From positions 1 through 38,367 of IMG/VR virus record IMGVR_UViG_3300030376_005298: 38,367 nt of DNA. One strand, written 5' to 3'. This document shows positions 16,768 to 26,189 of this stretch, piece by piece (the first letter of the stretch is position 1; every line of letters starts with the position of its first letter). The position numbers were made by a program, and so were the translations under genes. The DNA comes from a virus. Lineage: Duplodnaviria; Caudoviricetes. The notes under the pieces are model-generated. The model was not told the origin of the DNA. It made no database searches and saw only the letters and a program-made list of their open reading frames with translations.

Positions 16768-19700
16768 ATGCCTGAATTAAATAGAAGTTTTATTAAAGGC
16801 AAGATGAATAAAGACCTTGACGAAAGGTTGTTGCCACCTAACGAGTATAGAGACGCTATGAACATTACCGTTTCTTCTTCAGAGTCTTCTGACGTTGGTG
16901 CTATTGAAAATTTAAATAGTACTAAATTTTTAGATAGCTCTGGATTTCAAAAACCATTAAACAACGCTAGAGTAACAACCGGCCAACTAGGGGGTCAAAA
17001 CATTATTTGCAGGTTTGAGAATGTAAATTTTTTATATCCTGGAATAAAAAACACAGGATCTGATCTTGGTTATCTTTTTCAACCAGCTCAAGTAGTAGGC
17101 GCTAAAGAAGATACAACAACAAACAGAATATATTATTTTGTTGCTAATGCAGCGGGTTTTGAAGCTAGCACAAGCTTTGATGGAAACACAATTTACACCG
17201 GCGTTAAGTCTGATTCTATACTAGAGTGTACGCCTAACAAGCTTAATTATAGATTTCCTAATAGATCTATACTTCCAGTTTTTACAGACGCTTATGAAGT
17301 TAGATTAGCGCCAGACTCATTTACAGGCACAGGTTTAACAGGTGGAAATAATCCTGATGGATCTACTAAATCTAATGCGCTAGCTGTAAACATCAATGGT
17401 ATCGAAGAAGGCATGACTGTTAGTGCTTTAAGTTCTAACAGACAACCATTAAGACCTAACGATTTTGATGGTGTAGTAGTTACTAATGTAACTATTACAA
17501 ACTTTAACAATGAAACTACAAACAAGTTAAGCTTAACTTTTAATAAATCTATAACCTTATCAGCTGCAGAGGTAAACGAGGGCGCTGTATTAGTTTTTAG
17601 AAAACCAAGAATATTAAATTTCATAAGTGGTATAGGTAACAATTACACTGATGCTAATGGAGATACTATAACTTCCCCAACGCCAAAAGGTATAATAACA
17701 GCTATAGACGTTTTTGACGGTATGCTATTTTTTACTGATGGTAGAAACGAACCTAAAAAAATAAATATAGAACGTTGTTTAAAGGGGACTATAAATATTT
17801 TTCCTGTCGACAACTTTGGAGGTATATTTTCTACTACTAGATTAAGAATACCTACTAGGCCTAAATCAACTTTAACGTCAGGCGCTGGTTGGAACTCAGC
17901 TTTAAATAATACAACTAGAGCTAAACCTATGACAGAAAAACATTTGACTGTTATCAGGCCGGCACCAACACTTCCGCCTAAACTATATATGTCTTCTAGC
18001 ACAAGACCATCGGCTGCAGGTTTTGCCGCAACTACAAGCGTTGCTACTAGCAATATAAATCTAAGCGGTGATGGCTTAAATCCAACAGTAAGCAACGAAG
18101 TTACTATACTTACTACTGCTACTCATGGTTTTGTAATTGGAGATCAAGTTAATGTTTTACATACTTCAGATGAAAGTGGAGGTACTGAAAACGGTATTAG
18201 AGGTCTTGTAACAGAAGTTACAGCTGGTATAGGTATTAAAGTTCGTGTTTCGTCTATAGTTGGAACAAACGCTAACGCTTCTGCCGCGCATAATATAGAC
18301 TTAATAACAGATAGTGATCAAATATTATTTAAAGATCAATTTGTTAGATTTGCGTATAGATATACTTATCCTGATGGTGAAGTATCTTCGCTGTCGCCTT
18401 TTTCTCAACCAGCTTTTTTACCTGGAAATTACTCTTATGATGCAAAAGAAGCGTTTAACAAGGGTATGGAAAACACTTTACGCTATTTAGTAATACATGA
18501 TTTTGCGCCAGGCAATATGCCGTTGGATGCTGTTGGTATAGATATACTTTATAAAGAAGATATATCACCTAACATTTATTTTGTTAGAAATATAAAAGGA
18601 TGTAAGCTTTTTACTCAAGGATCTACTTCTAATCCTTTTCTACCTGCTGATCCTGAGTTTAACGCAAATGGTTTTATAAGTCCAGATTTATTTAATAGCG
18701 GTAGTTACAGTGATTGGGTTTCATTTGGAACTGGTATATCGCCAGCTGTAGGTGGTAATAGAGGCGCGATTGTTATGCAAGCAGAGCAATTTGGCTCTAC
18801 AATACCATCTAATCAGTTGCTAAGAAGTTACGACAATGTTCCTAAAACTGCTAAAGCTCAAGCTATAAGCGCTAATAGATTAATATATGCTAACTACACG
18901 CAAGCTTACGATTTAATTCAAAGCTCGAGTAGCAATTCACCCGCGGTTAGACCTAAAATAAATTTAAAAGTAAGAAATCTTAGTGCTATAACTAGTCCAA
19001 CGCCTGAGTCTTCTATAAAGAGCCAAAGAACATATCAAGCAGGTGTAGTATACAAAGGGCCTCATGGAAGAGAAACATCTGTACTAATCGACAAAGAAAC
19101 TTCAGTAACTTCTTCTATAAATCTTTCTGATCAAAAACTAAGACTAGCGGTAAACATAGAAAATTCACCTCCAATATGGGCAACACACTACAAAGTGTAT
19201 GTTAAAGAAACTTCCAACGAGTATTATAACTTAGCAATGCATAGATCGTATTCTATGGGTGAAACTGAAGGAGATACAGAAACGCCTAATGAAGACTATG
19301 TAATATTAGCTTTTCAATCAGTTGATAGAAACAAAATACAAGAAGGTGATTTTTTATCTATTAAAAAAGGAAGAGCGGCTAACGCTGTAAACTATAAAGC
19401 TGTTGATAATAAAATAAAAGTTCTTGATATATTTAACGAGGCTCCACAAGGTATGACGCCAGCGGCTTCTGCTCAAGATAAAGAAGGTAAGTTTTTTGTT
19501 AAAGTTAAAAATATAGCTGGACTATTAACAGGTTCAGGTGGTGAAATACTAAGCTCTGGAACAAGTGGAATATCTGGACCTTTTGATGCTGATGTGCATA
19601 CAGGTACAAACGTAAACGAGTACCCGGCTGTATTTGAAGTTTTGCCTTCACCAGACAGAGATGTAAACTTATACTACGAGGCCACTCAATGTTATCCTAT

Positions 19701-22700
19701 AGAATTAACAGAAGATACTATATGTGAGTGGGTTAACCCAGGTGATAAAGTAATTGGTTTTGACTATGTATCAGGCGCTTCTGGCTCTGTAGGTTTAGCT
19801 GCTAAAAGGTTAGACAACGACGCCGCGGCTAACGCTTATGTAGATACTATAACACCTCCTTTCACGGGTACTAATAATAACGACGCTTGGATGCTAACGT
19901 TTAAAGACGAAGCTGGCAACGCTGTCGCTTTTGATTTTCAAAACAATTCATACTTAGGAACTTTACACTTTCAAAAAGAGCTCGGCTCGTTTAATATATC
20001 AAGTATATTTTTTGGACACAATGCTAATGGCTATAACACAACTGGTGGTGGTTCTAGCGGCAACACTAACGGTGCTAATAATAATAAAGTATACATAAAG
20101 AAAACGACTGTAGAGCCTAGTGAAATTGTACTTCCTTGGTTTAATTGCTATAGCTTTGGAAATGGGGTTGAGTCTGATAGAATTAGAGATGATTTTAACG
20201 CAGCAACAATAGCCAACGGTGTAAAAGCTTCTACTACCTTTGAAGATTATAAAGAAGAAAAAAGAGAACACAGTTTTATATTTTCTGGTATATTCAACGC
20301 TACTTCTGGAGTTAATGAATTAAATCAGTTTATACAAGCAGAGCCTATAACAAAAGATTTAAATCCTCTATATGGTAGTATACAAAGGCTAATTTCTAGA
20401 GATACTGATATAGTTGCTTTGTGTGAAGATAAAATATTAAAAGTTTTAGCCAATAAAAACGCTTTGTTTAATGCTGACGGCAATACAAACGTAACTTCAA
20501 ACACACAAGTTCTTGGTACAGCAATACCTTTTAACGGAGAATATGGCGTTTCTACTAACCCTGAATCAGTAGTCCAGAGTGGATATAGAGTTTATTTTAC
20601 AGACAAAAATAGAGGAGCCGTGCTTAGACTTTCTATGGACGGTTTAACACCTATATCTGACTACGGCATGTCTGATTATTTTAAAGATACTTTAAGGGAT
20701 GCAGAAACATGTATAGGTAGTTATAACGGTAGATTAGATGAATACGATTTGTCAATACACTCTATCGCTACTACGGCTGGCATAAAAACAGTAGATACAA
20801 TAGCGTTTAATGAAAAGGTCAATGGTTGGTCTAGTTTTAGATCTTACGCTTTCGAGCAGGGTTTAAGTTTAGATGGTCAATACTATACGTTTAAATATGG
20901 AAATATATATGAACACTCTTTAGAAAATATAAAGAATCATTTTTACGGTATAGTTTCAACTAGAACTAGTAACAGCGGGGTAAATTCTACGGTCAAAAGC
21001 CCAATAAACCCTAATATACAAGTTGGTGACGTAATATTTTCTTCTAACGCCAGTGATGGTAATATAAATGAGTCTGATGGACTGTTTCCTAACAACACTA
21101 TTATAACAGCAATAAACGGAAACCAAATTACAACATCGACTCAGCCAGCAATAATTAGCGGTGGAACTACTACGACAGGTAGTCTTATTGTTACTCAAGG
21201 TACTTTTTCAAACAGCACTGTTACAACTATATTTAACGATGCTCCTAATTCTGTTAAGAGTTTTCAATATTTAAAATATGAAGGCAGTCAAGCAAAGATA
21301 ATAATGCCAAACGTTGTAACTATTGAAGCTGGCTCAGGAACAAGTACAAGTAGCGACACCATAGTGATTGGACTTAGTGGTGGCTTGCCTATTCATGGCT
21401 CTGCAGGCGCTGTAGCTGTTGGTCAAAACGTCTCTTTAGCGGATGGCACTTTTATAGGAACTGTTAAAAGCATAGACGGCACAACAGTAGTTTTAACTAG
21501 CAACGCGGCTGCTACTGTAGGACTTGGCGTGACTTTGCTTTTTTCAGACAATCTATATTACAACAACAGAGCGCAAAATGGATGGTTTGCTTCTTCTGTT
21601 GAAACAGATATGCAGAGCGCTAAAGTATTAGAGTTTATTAAAAAAGAAGGTAAGTGGTTTAATTATTTTAAAGGTGTAACATCTTCTTTTACTAATCAAA
21701 ACAATATAAGTGATGCTATAGGAAATATAGACTCTCAAGAATTTTCTGTACAAGGTATAGGTAGGGTTAATGGGGTTCCCTCTGTAGCCGATGGTGATAC
21801 AACACCAGGATCGCTTTTTAATATTCAGCTTAAAACAGACGAGGCCATAGACAACGCGCCAACACCTAACGTATACACCGTATCTGAAGATATACTTATT
21901 CAAGGAGTTACTTCAGTAGCTAACAGCAACGACAGTTCTACAGGTACTATAACATTTACACCAGCGCAATCACCTACTACGTTTTTAACTATATCACCCG
22001 CTATTAACCAAGGTATAGCTGCTAGTGAATTTTTTGTTAGAGGCGGTACGTCAGGAGATACAAGTGACGCTGCGTCTGGAACTACGTTTACCCATGGTAC
22101 TAATGGAATAAATTTGAATAGCTCTAACAGCGACAAGCCTTTAGATTCTATTGTGTTTACTGATACTGGCACGCCCTTTGCACCTGGAAATACTGTTAAA
22201 ATGTCTTTTGTTTTTGAAGACACTACTTACACGGCGGACAGAGTTTATGAAATACCTATAAAAAGATTTACTAATGAAGTTGAAATACCACAATCACCTC
22301 TGTTTAGAAGTAATCATTTTGTTGAAGTTCAAATTAGAGCAAATAGCGGTGGAGACAGCACGTTAACTTTTCCTTTTATAAAGTCTACAGCTTTAGTATT
22401 CGGGCCTGTTACTAGTGACGCTACAGTTGTTATAGACGAATCGCCTGTTGGTACACCCGTTACAAGTGATACGTTAGGTAACTTTAGCGCTGGAGATTTA
22501 GTAACAGGTACAAATGTAGATTCTGGTCAATCAGTAGATAGTATAACTAACGCAACTACTTTCGAGCTTAGCTCTGCAGATTCAATACTTAATGATACTA
22601 CGTTAACAATTAGTGGATTTATTAGTAGTGATATTTACAGTTTTGTATCTACGCAAAACGATCTTCAAACTAACATAGGTAGTGATGAAAGAGGAGTTGG

Positions 22701-23043
22701 ATGTGTACTTGTAGGCCAACCTTTTGCAACGCAACCCAACACAATAGTTACTCTTCAGCTTTCTGCTGGTACTAATAAAAAGTTTACAACAAGCTTCGTC
22801 AATAACAGTGGTTTTGGAGACGTGTATATCGAGAACACTGGGTTTCCAGAGTTTAATGATGATTTAGAAGTAACGCAAGAGTTTATTAATGACGCAAGTG
22901 GGAATGCTATAACTTTAAGAATAAGAATTAAAATAAATCCTCAGTCTAATTTTGAAGACTTTTTGCAAACAGGTTTGTCAACAAAAATAGTTATAGGTGG
23001 AAAAACAGGAACTGAAGACGGACTAGTAACAGATATATCATAA
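16768..23043 (+). CDS. Large tail nozzle / stabilization-type protein with accessory beta modules
   Basis: 2091 aa. N-terminal GKMNKDLDERLLP..EYRDAMN; propeller-like blades (MLFFTDGRNEPKKIN, VYFTDKNRGAVLRLSMDGLTPIS, FNEKVNGWSSF). Confidence 0.65.
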   Translation: MPELNRSFIKGKMNKDLDERLLPPNEYRDAMNITVSSSESSDVGAIENLNSTKFLDSSGFQKPLNNARVTTGQLGGQNIICRFENVNFLYPGIKNTGSDLGYLFQPAQVVGAKEDTTTNRIYYFVANAAGFEASTSFDGNTIYTGVKSDSILECTPNKLNYRFPNRSILPVFTDAYEVRLAPDSFTGTGLTGGNNPDGSTKSNALAVNINGIEEGMTVSALSSNRQPLRPNDFDGVVVTNVTITNFNNETTNKLSLTFNKSITLSAAEVNEGAVLVFRKPRILNFISGIGNNYTDANGDTITSPTPKGIITAIDVFDGMLFFTDGRNEPKKINIERCLKGTINIFPVDNFGGIFSTTRLRIPTRPKSTLTSGAGWNSALNNTTRAKPMTEKHLTVIRPAPTLPPKLYMSSSTRPSAAGFAATTSVATSNINLSGDGLNPTVSNEVTILTTATHGFVIGDQVNVLHTSDESGGTENGIRGLVTEVTAGIGIKVRVSSIVGTNANASAAHNIDLITDSDQILFKDQFVRFAYRYTYPDGEVSSLSPFSQPAFLPGNYSYDAKEAFNKGMENTLRYLVIHDFAPGNMPLDAVGIDILYKEDISPNIYFVRNIKGCKLFTQGSTSNPFLPADPEFNANGFISPDLFNSGSYSDWVSFGTGISPAVGGNRGAIVMQAEQFGSTIPSNQLLRSYDNVPKTAKAQAISANRLIYANYTQAYDLIQSSSSNSPAVRPKINLKVRNLSAITSPTPESSIKSQRTYQAGVVYKGPHGRETSVLIDKETSVTSSINLSDQKLRLAVNIENSPPIWATHYKVYVKETSNEYYNLAMHRSYSMGETEGDTETPNEDYVILAFQSVDRNKIQEGDFLSIKKGRAANAVNYKAVDNKIKVLDIFNEAPQGMTPAASAQDKEGKFFVKVKNIAGLLTGSGGEILSSGTSGISGPFDADVHTGTNVNEYPAVFEVLPSPDRDVNLYYEATQCYPIELTEDTICEWVNPGDKVIGFDYVSGASGSVGLAAKRLDNDAAANAYVDTITPPFTGTNNNDAWMLTFKDEAGNAVAFDFQNNSYLGTLHFQKELGSFNISSIFFGHNANGYNTTGGGSSGNTNGANNNKVYIKKTTVEPSEIVLPWFNCYSFGNGVESDRIRDDFNAATIANGVKASTTFEDYKEEKREHSFIFSGIFNATSGVNELNQFIQAEPITKDLNPLYGSIQRLISRDTDIVALCEDKILKVLANKNALFNADGNTNVTSNTQVLGTAIPFNGEYGVSTNPESVVQSGYRVYFTDKNRGAVLRLSMDGLTPISDYGMSDYFKDTLRDAETCIGSYNGRLDEYDLSIHSIATTAGIKTVDTIAFNEKVNGWSSFRSYAFEQGLSLDGQYYTFKYGNIYEHSLENIKNHFYGIVSTRTSNSGVNSTVKSPINPNIQVGDVIFSSNASDGNINESDGLFPNNTIITAINGNQITTSTQPAIISGGTTTTGSLIVTQGTFSNSTVTTIFNDAPNSVKSFQYLKYEGSQAKIIMPNVVTIEAGSGTSTSSDTIVIGLSGGLPIHGSAGAVAVGQNVSLADGTFIGTVKSIDGTTVVLTSNAAATVGLGVTLLFSDNLYYNNRAQNGWFASSVETDMQSAKVLEFIKKEGKWFNYFKGVTSSFTNQNNISDAIGNIDSQEFSVQGIGRVNGVPSVADGDTTPGSLFNIQLKTDEAIDNAPTPNVYTVSEDILIQGVTSVANSNDSSTGTITFTPAQSPTTFLTISPAINQGIAASEFFVRGGTSGDTSDAASGTTFTHGTNGINLNSSNSDKPLDSIVFTDTGTPFAPGNTVKMSFVFEDTTYTADRVYEIPIKRFTNEVEIPQSPLFRSNHFVEVQIRANSGGDSTLTFPFIKSTALVFGPVTSDATVVIDESPVGTPVTSDTLGNFSAGDLVTGTNVDSGQSVDSITNATTFELSSADSILNDTTLTISGFISSDIYSFVSTQNDLQTNIGSDERGVGCVLVGQPFATQPNTIVTLQLSAGTNKKFTTSFVNNSGFGDVYIENTGFPEFNDDLEVTQEFINDASGNAITLRIRIKINPQSNFEDFLQTGLSTKIVIGGKTGTEDGLVTDIS

Positions 23044-23456
23044 TGGCAACATCAACAGTAACATATAGCTTTAATACAACAATAAATAGATCTGTGCAAA
23101 TAGGTGATGTACTTTACTATGCCGCTGTTGGTGTAGATGAAGTTTTTTTTGGTAGTGGTCCAAGCAGCAGTACAGACACTAAACCAGTAGACACTGTAGC
23201 TAATTATAATAAGATAAAAAGAGCTGGCGTAATAACATCAATAACTAGAACAGCTAGCGGTGGCTCTATAGTTATAGAACAAGATGTTTTAGTTTCGCTA
23301 CCTGCTGATGGTGATTTTATATTTTTTAGTAAAGAAGCTTCTGTAAACAACTCAAACATGTTAGGTTACTTTGCCGAAGTAAAGTTTGAAAACAACAGTA
23401 ATAAGAAAATAGAACTATTTAACATAGCTACAGACATATTTGAAAGTAGCAAATAA
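23043..23456 (+). CDS. Hypothetical tail-associated protein
   Basis: 137 aa, beta-rich; TAATG-coupled to the nozzle gene. Confidence 0.7.
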   Translation: MATSTVTYSFNTTINRSVQIGDVLYYAAVGVDEVFFGSGPSSSTDTKPVDTVANYNKIKRAGVITSITRTASGGSIVIEQDVLVSLPADGDFIFFSKEASVNNSNMLGYFAEVKFENNSNKKIELFNIATDIFESSK

Positions 23457-23467
23457 GTGTAATAGTA
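23457..23467 (+). promoter_or_regulatory. Candidate phage promoter motif GTGTAATARTA (copy 1)
   Basis: GTGTAATAGTA in an intergenic gap; near-identical to the copy at 35228. Confidence 0.35.
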
Positions 23468-23486
23468 AACATATAAATTTAATTAA

Positions 23487-23960
23487 ATGAATCAATTAGA
23501 AAAAACTGAGCATAGGCTAGCTATGCGAAGTAAAATACAAAAGCTAGAAGACGATTTGTTAGCATTGGCTAACGATGCTGACATTGTAGCTGGTGATAAC
23601 GAGGGGAAAGGTAATAAGCTAGCCCCGCTAAAACACACTTTCGCAGACGGCATATATGTTAGGCAAATGATTATGCCTAAAGATACAGCTGTTATAGGTA
23701 AAATACACAAGAGAGATCATGTTTGGTTTCTGCTTGAAGGCTGCATCTCTGTAGCGACAGAAAATAAAATAGAAGAGTATGAAGCTCCTTGCTATGTAGT
23801 CTCTACAGGTGGAAGCAAGAGAGTAATACTAGCGATAGAAGATTCTATATTTATTAATATACATCCAAATCCTAGTAACACTCAAGATCTTATTGAATTA
23901 GAAAAATATAACGTAGCTAAGGACTACGAAGAGTACGAACAATACATTAAAAAACAATAA
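23487..23960 (+). CDS. Cupin-fold protein
   Basis: HTFADGIYVRQMIMPKDTAVIGKIHKRDHVWFLLEGCISV...APCYVVSTGGSKR...FINIHP is a double-stranded beta-helix pattern. Confidence 0.7.
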   Translation: MNQLEKTEHRLAMRSKIQKLEDDLLALANDADIVAGDNEGKGNKLAPLKHTFADGIYVRQMIMPKDTAVIGKIHKRDHVWFLLEGCISVATENKIEEYEAPCYVVSTGGSKRVILAIEDSIFINIHPNPSNTQDLIELEKYNVAKDYEEYEQYIKKQ

Positions 23961-23961
23961 T

Positions 23962-24618
23962 ATGTCATTTGCAACAGTAGCAATAATAGGTGCGGCAGCT
24001 GGTTTAGCTCAAGTAGGTATTGGCTTAAGTAGAAGAAAAAAAGCTAAAAAAGATTTAGAAGATGCTAAACTGGCCCAACAAAAAGCTTTAGAAGATTTTC
24101 AAAATCAAGAAATAAGTAATCCATACGAAAATTTAGAGAATACTTTTGAAGATCTAACAGTCAACACCCAAGCAGCAGAGTTCGAAGCTAAGCAAAATCA
24201 GCAAGCTCAAGCAGATATTATGGGTAACTTAAAAGGTGCTGCTGGTAGCTCTGGTATCGCAGGTCTTGCTCAAGCAATGGCAAATAAAACTAGCGTGGAT
24301 TCTGAAAAAGCTTCAGCTAAAATGGCTCAACAAGAGTCTGCTAACGATCGTATGAAGGCTCAAGGTGCTGCTAGCGTACAATCACAAAAAGCTGCAGGTG
24401 AAGCTTCAAGACAGCAAAGAGAGTTAGCTAGAGATGAGGCCATACTAGGTATGAAAATGGGTGAAACAGCGGCTAACCAGCAAATGGTAGCTGACAATAA
24501 CGCTATGATTATGGGAGGCATTGGAAACGTAGCTAGTGCTGGCATGCAGTACGCTGGCGGCGGTATGACTATGAAAAGACGACCAAAAGGTAAAATTAAA
24601 AAAGCTAAAAAGAAGTAA
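23962..24618 (+). CDS. Probable internal virion / ejection protein
   Basis: Hydrophobic Gly/Ala N-terminus, Ala/Gln-rich helices, Gly-rich hydrophobic C-terminal segment and a basic tail; first of three genes of increasing size. Confidence 0.6.
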   Translation: MSFATVAIIGAAAGLAQVGIGLSRRKKAKKDLEDAKLAQQKALEDFQNQEISNPYENLENTFEDLTVNTQAAEFEAKQNQQAQADIMGNLKGAAGSSGIAGLAQAMANKTSVDSEKASAKMAQQESANDRMKAQGAASVQSQKAAGEASRQQRELARDEAILGMKMGETAANQQMVADNNAMIMGGIGNVASAGMQYAGGGMTMKRRPKGKIKKAKKK

Positions 24619-24620
24619 GT

Positions 24621-26186
24621 ATGGCTGAAGGAACAAGTTTAAGAGAGTTAGCTTACAAAGCTGCTTATAGTGATCGTACTTCAGGTATGAATGACTTAGC
24701 AGACGGTGTAATGAAAACCTACGAAAAGTTTGCCGAGCCAATGGCTAAAGCTGCAGCTCAACGTCAAGCTGCTAGACAAGAAAAAAGAGAAGACAAAGGA
24801 GAATTTAGAGACGCTGGGTACTCTAGAGGAGAGGCTAGAAGGGCTGTCAATAAGGGTGAGTTTCCTAAGTTTGATCAAGACGGAAATAAAATACCAGACT
24901 CTTTGCAAACTCCAGGCACTCCTGATGACAAAGACGGCGATGGTATTCCAGATACTATAGATGCGGGTTATGATCCTCAAGGAGAAGATATATATGACAA
25001 CCCTTATATAACAAAGCCATCACCTAGTACTATGCGTAGCCCTATTAAAAATCTTGCGGCTGGTGCTTTTGCTGCAGCCTACAATTCTAGTGATAAGAAT
25101 ATGAGCGCTCAAATAGACTCAGTTAAGAAGTCTATACAAAAAGTTTCTGCGCAGCAGAAAAAAGTTTTGGTTGATAAAGTGGTAGCTGAACTAGAAGATT
25201 TTGTTCCAGAAAACGTAGACACACAAGGCTTTTCTGGGTTTAAAAATGGCAGTGTTGCTGTTCAAAACTTTGGTCTTGATTTAAAGAAAAAATTAGCTGA
25301 AAAGAAAAGCGAAGCTATAAAGTTAAATCCTTACTCTGAAGATTATAAAAAAATTATAGGTGAAATTGACGCTATAACAAATTCTTCGAAAATGTTAGCT
25401 ATGGAGAAAACAAGGTTATCAAACTTAAAAAAAGAGTGGGGTAAATCTTCAGACAAAGCGGAAAACTTATATTCTAAAGGATCTTCTAAAAAAACAATGA
25501 GCTACTTAAATCAAGTTATGAGCAACACCGCTGGCATGACGCTAAACGAGCAGGGTCAAGCTCAGTTTACGGTAGCTAAAGTTGATAACAAAGGAAACTT
25601 TGTGTACGAAGTTAACTTAGACGGCTCAAGCCCGGCTCTTCAAACAGAAACTATAACGATTCAAGATTTAAACAAAAACTTATATCAAAAAGTTGACGTG
25701 TCTAGCGAAGTAAAAGACTATCATCAAATGTTAAGAAAAGACATAGTGGATAAAGTCAACTTTAATAAAGGTGGATCACAAAGTTTTTGGAGCGGATTAA
25801 TTGCGCCTGAGTGGGAAACAGGTATGAGCGATGGCGATTTATTGTCTTTCATACATGACAGGCCTTATAACATGTACTCACAAACTTCTTTTTACGACGA
25901 CTTTACTAGCTATTTTAAAGGTAAGCAGCTAGAAATAACCGCAGATGGCGAGCCTTTGGTTATGACTAAAGACGCTATAGACATACTGTTTGATCCTGAC
26001 ACTAGAGACTGGGATGCTAAAACTCAAGACGGCAAAACTGTTAGAGAGTATATACGTGAAGAGCTAGTTAATTATTACTCTAGAAAAAGTGAACAATACT
26101 ACTACTACACTTCTAGAAAGCAAGACCCTACAAGTAATACTATTGGTACGGCTATAAGCCAGGTTAACCAAGAATTTAGCAATTAA
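24621..26186 (+). CDS. Probable internal virion / ejection protein with two DxDG(D/N)xxPD motifs
   Basis: 521 aa, mostly helical; DQDGNKIPD at 24873 and DKDGDGIPD at 24927. Confidence 0.6.
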   Translation: MAEGTSLRELAYKAAYSDRTSGMNDLADGVMKTYEKFAEPMAKAAAQRQAARQEKREDKGEFRDAGYSRGEARRAVNKGEFPKFDQDGNKIPDSLQTPGTPDDKDGDGIPDTIDAGYDPQGEDIYDNPYITKPSPSTMRSPIKNLAAGAFAAAYNSSDKNMSAQIDSVKKSIQKVSAQQKKVLVDKVVAELEDFVPENVDTQGFSGFKNGSVAVQNFGLDLKKKLAEKKSEAIKLNPYSEDYKKIIGEIDAITNSSKMLAMEKTRLSNLKKEWGKSSDKAENLYSKGSSKKTMSYLNQVMSNTAGMTLNEQGQAQFTVAKVDNKGNFVYEVNLDGSSPALQTETITIQDLNKNLYQKVDVSSEVKDYHQMLRKDIVDKVNFNKGGSQSFWSGLIAPEWETGMSDGDLLSFIHDRPYNMYSQTSFYDDFTSYFKGKQLEITADGEPLVMTKDAIDILFDPDTRDWDAKTQDGKTVREYIREELVNYYSRKSEQYYYYTSRKQDPTSNTIGTAISQVNQEFSN

Positions 26187-26189
26187 ATT

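Noticed and set aside
24730-24960. 76-aa +1 frame ORF in the 521-aa gene, and the similar 36086-36325 ORF in the endolysin gene
   Set aside because: No motif and no codon anomaly noticed in the host frame; consistent with chance shadow ORFs.
25230-25247. FSGFKN hexapeptide shared between the 521-aa protein and the 74-aa protein at 3045
   Set aside because: A single six-residue match with no flanking similarity; could be chance.
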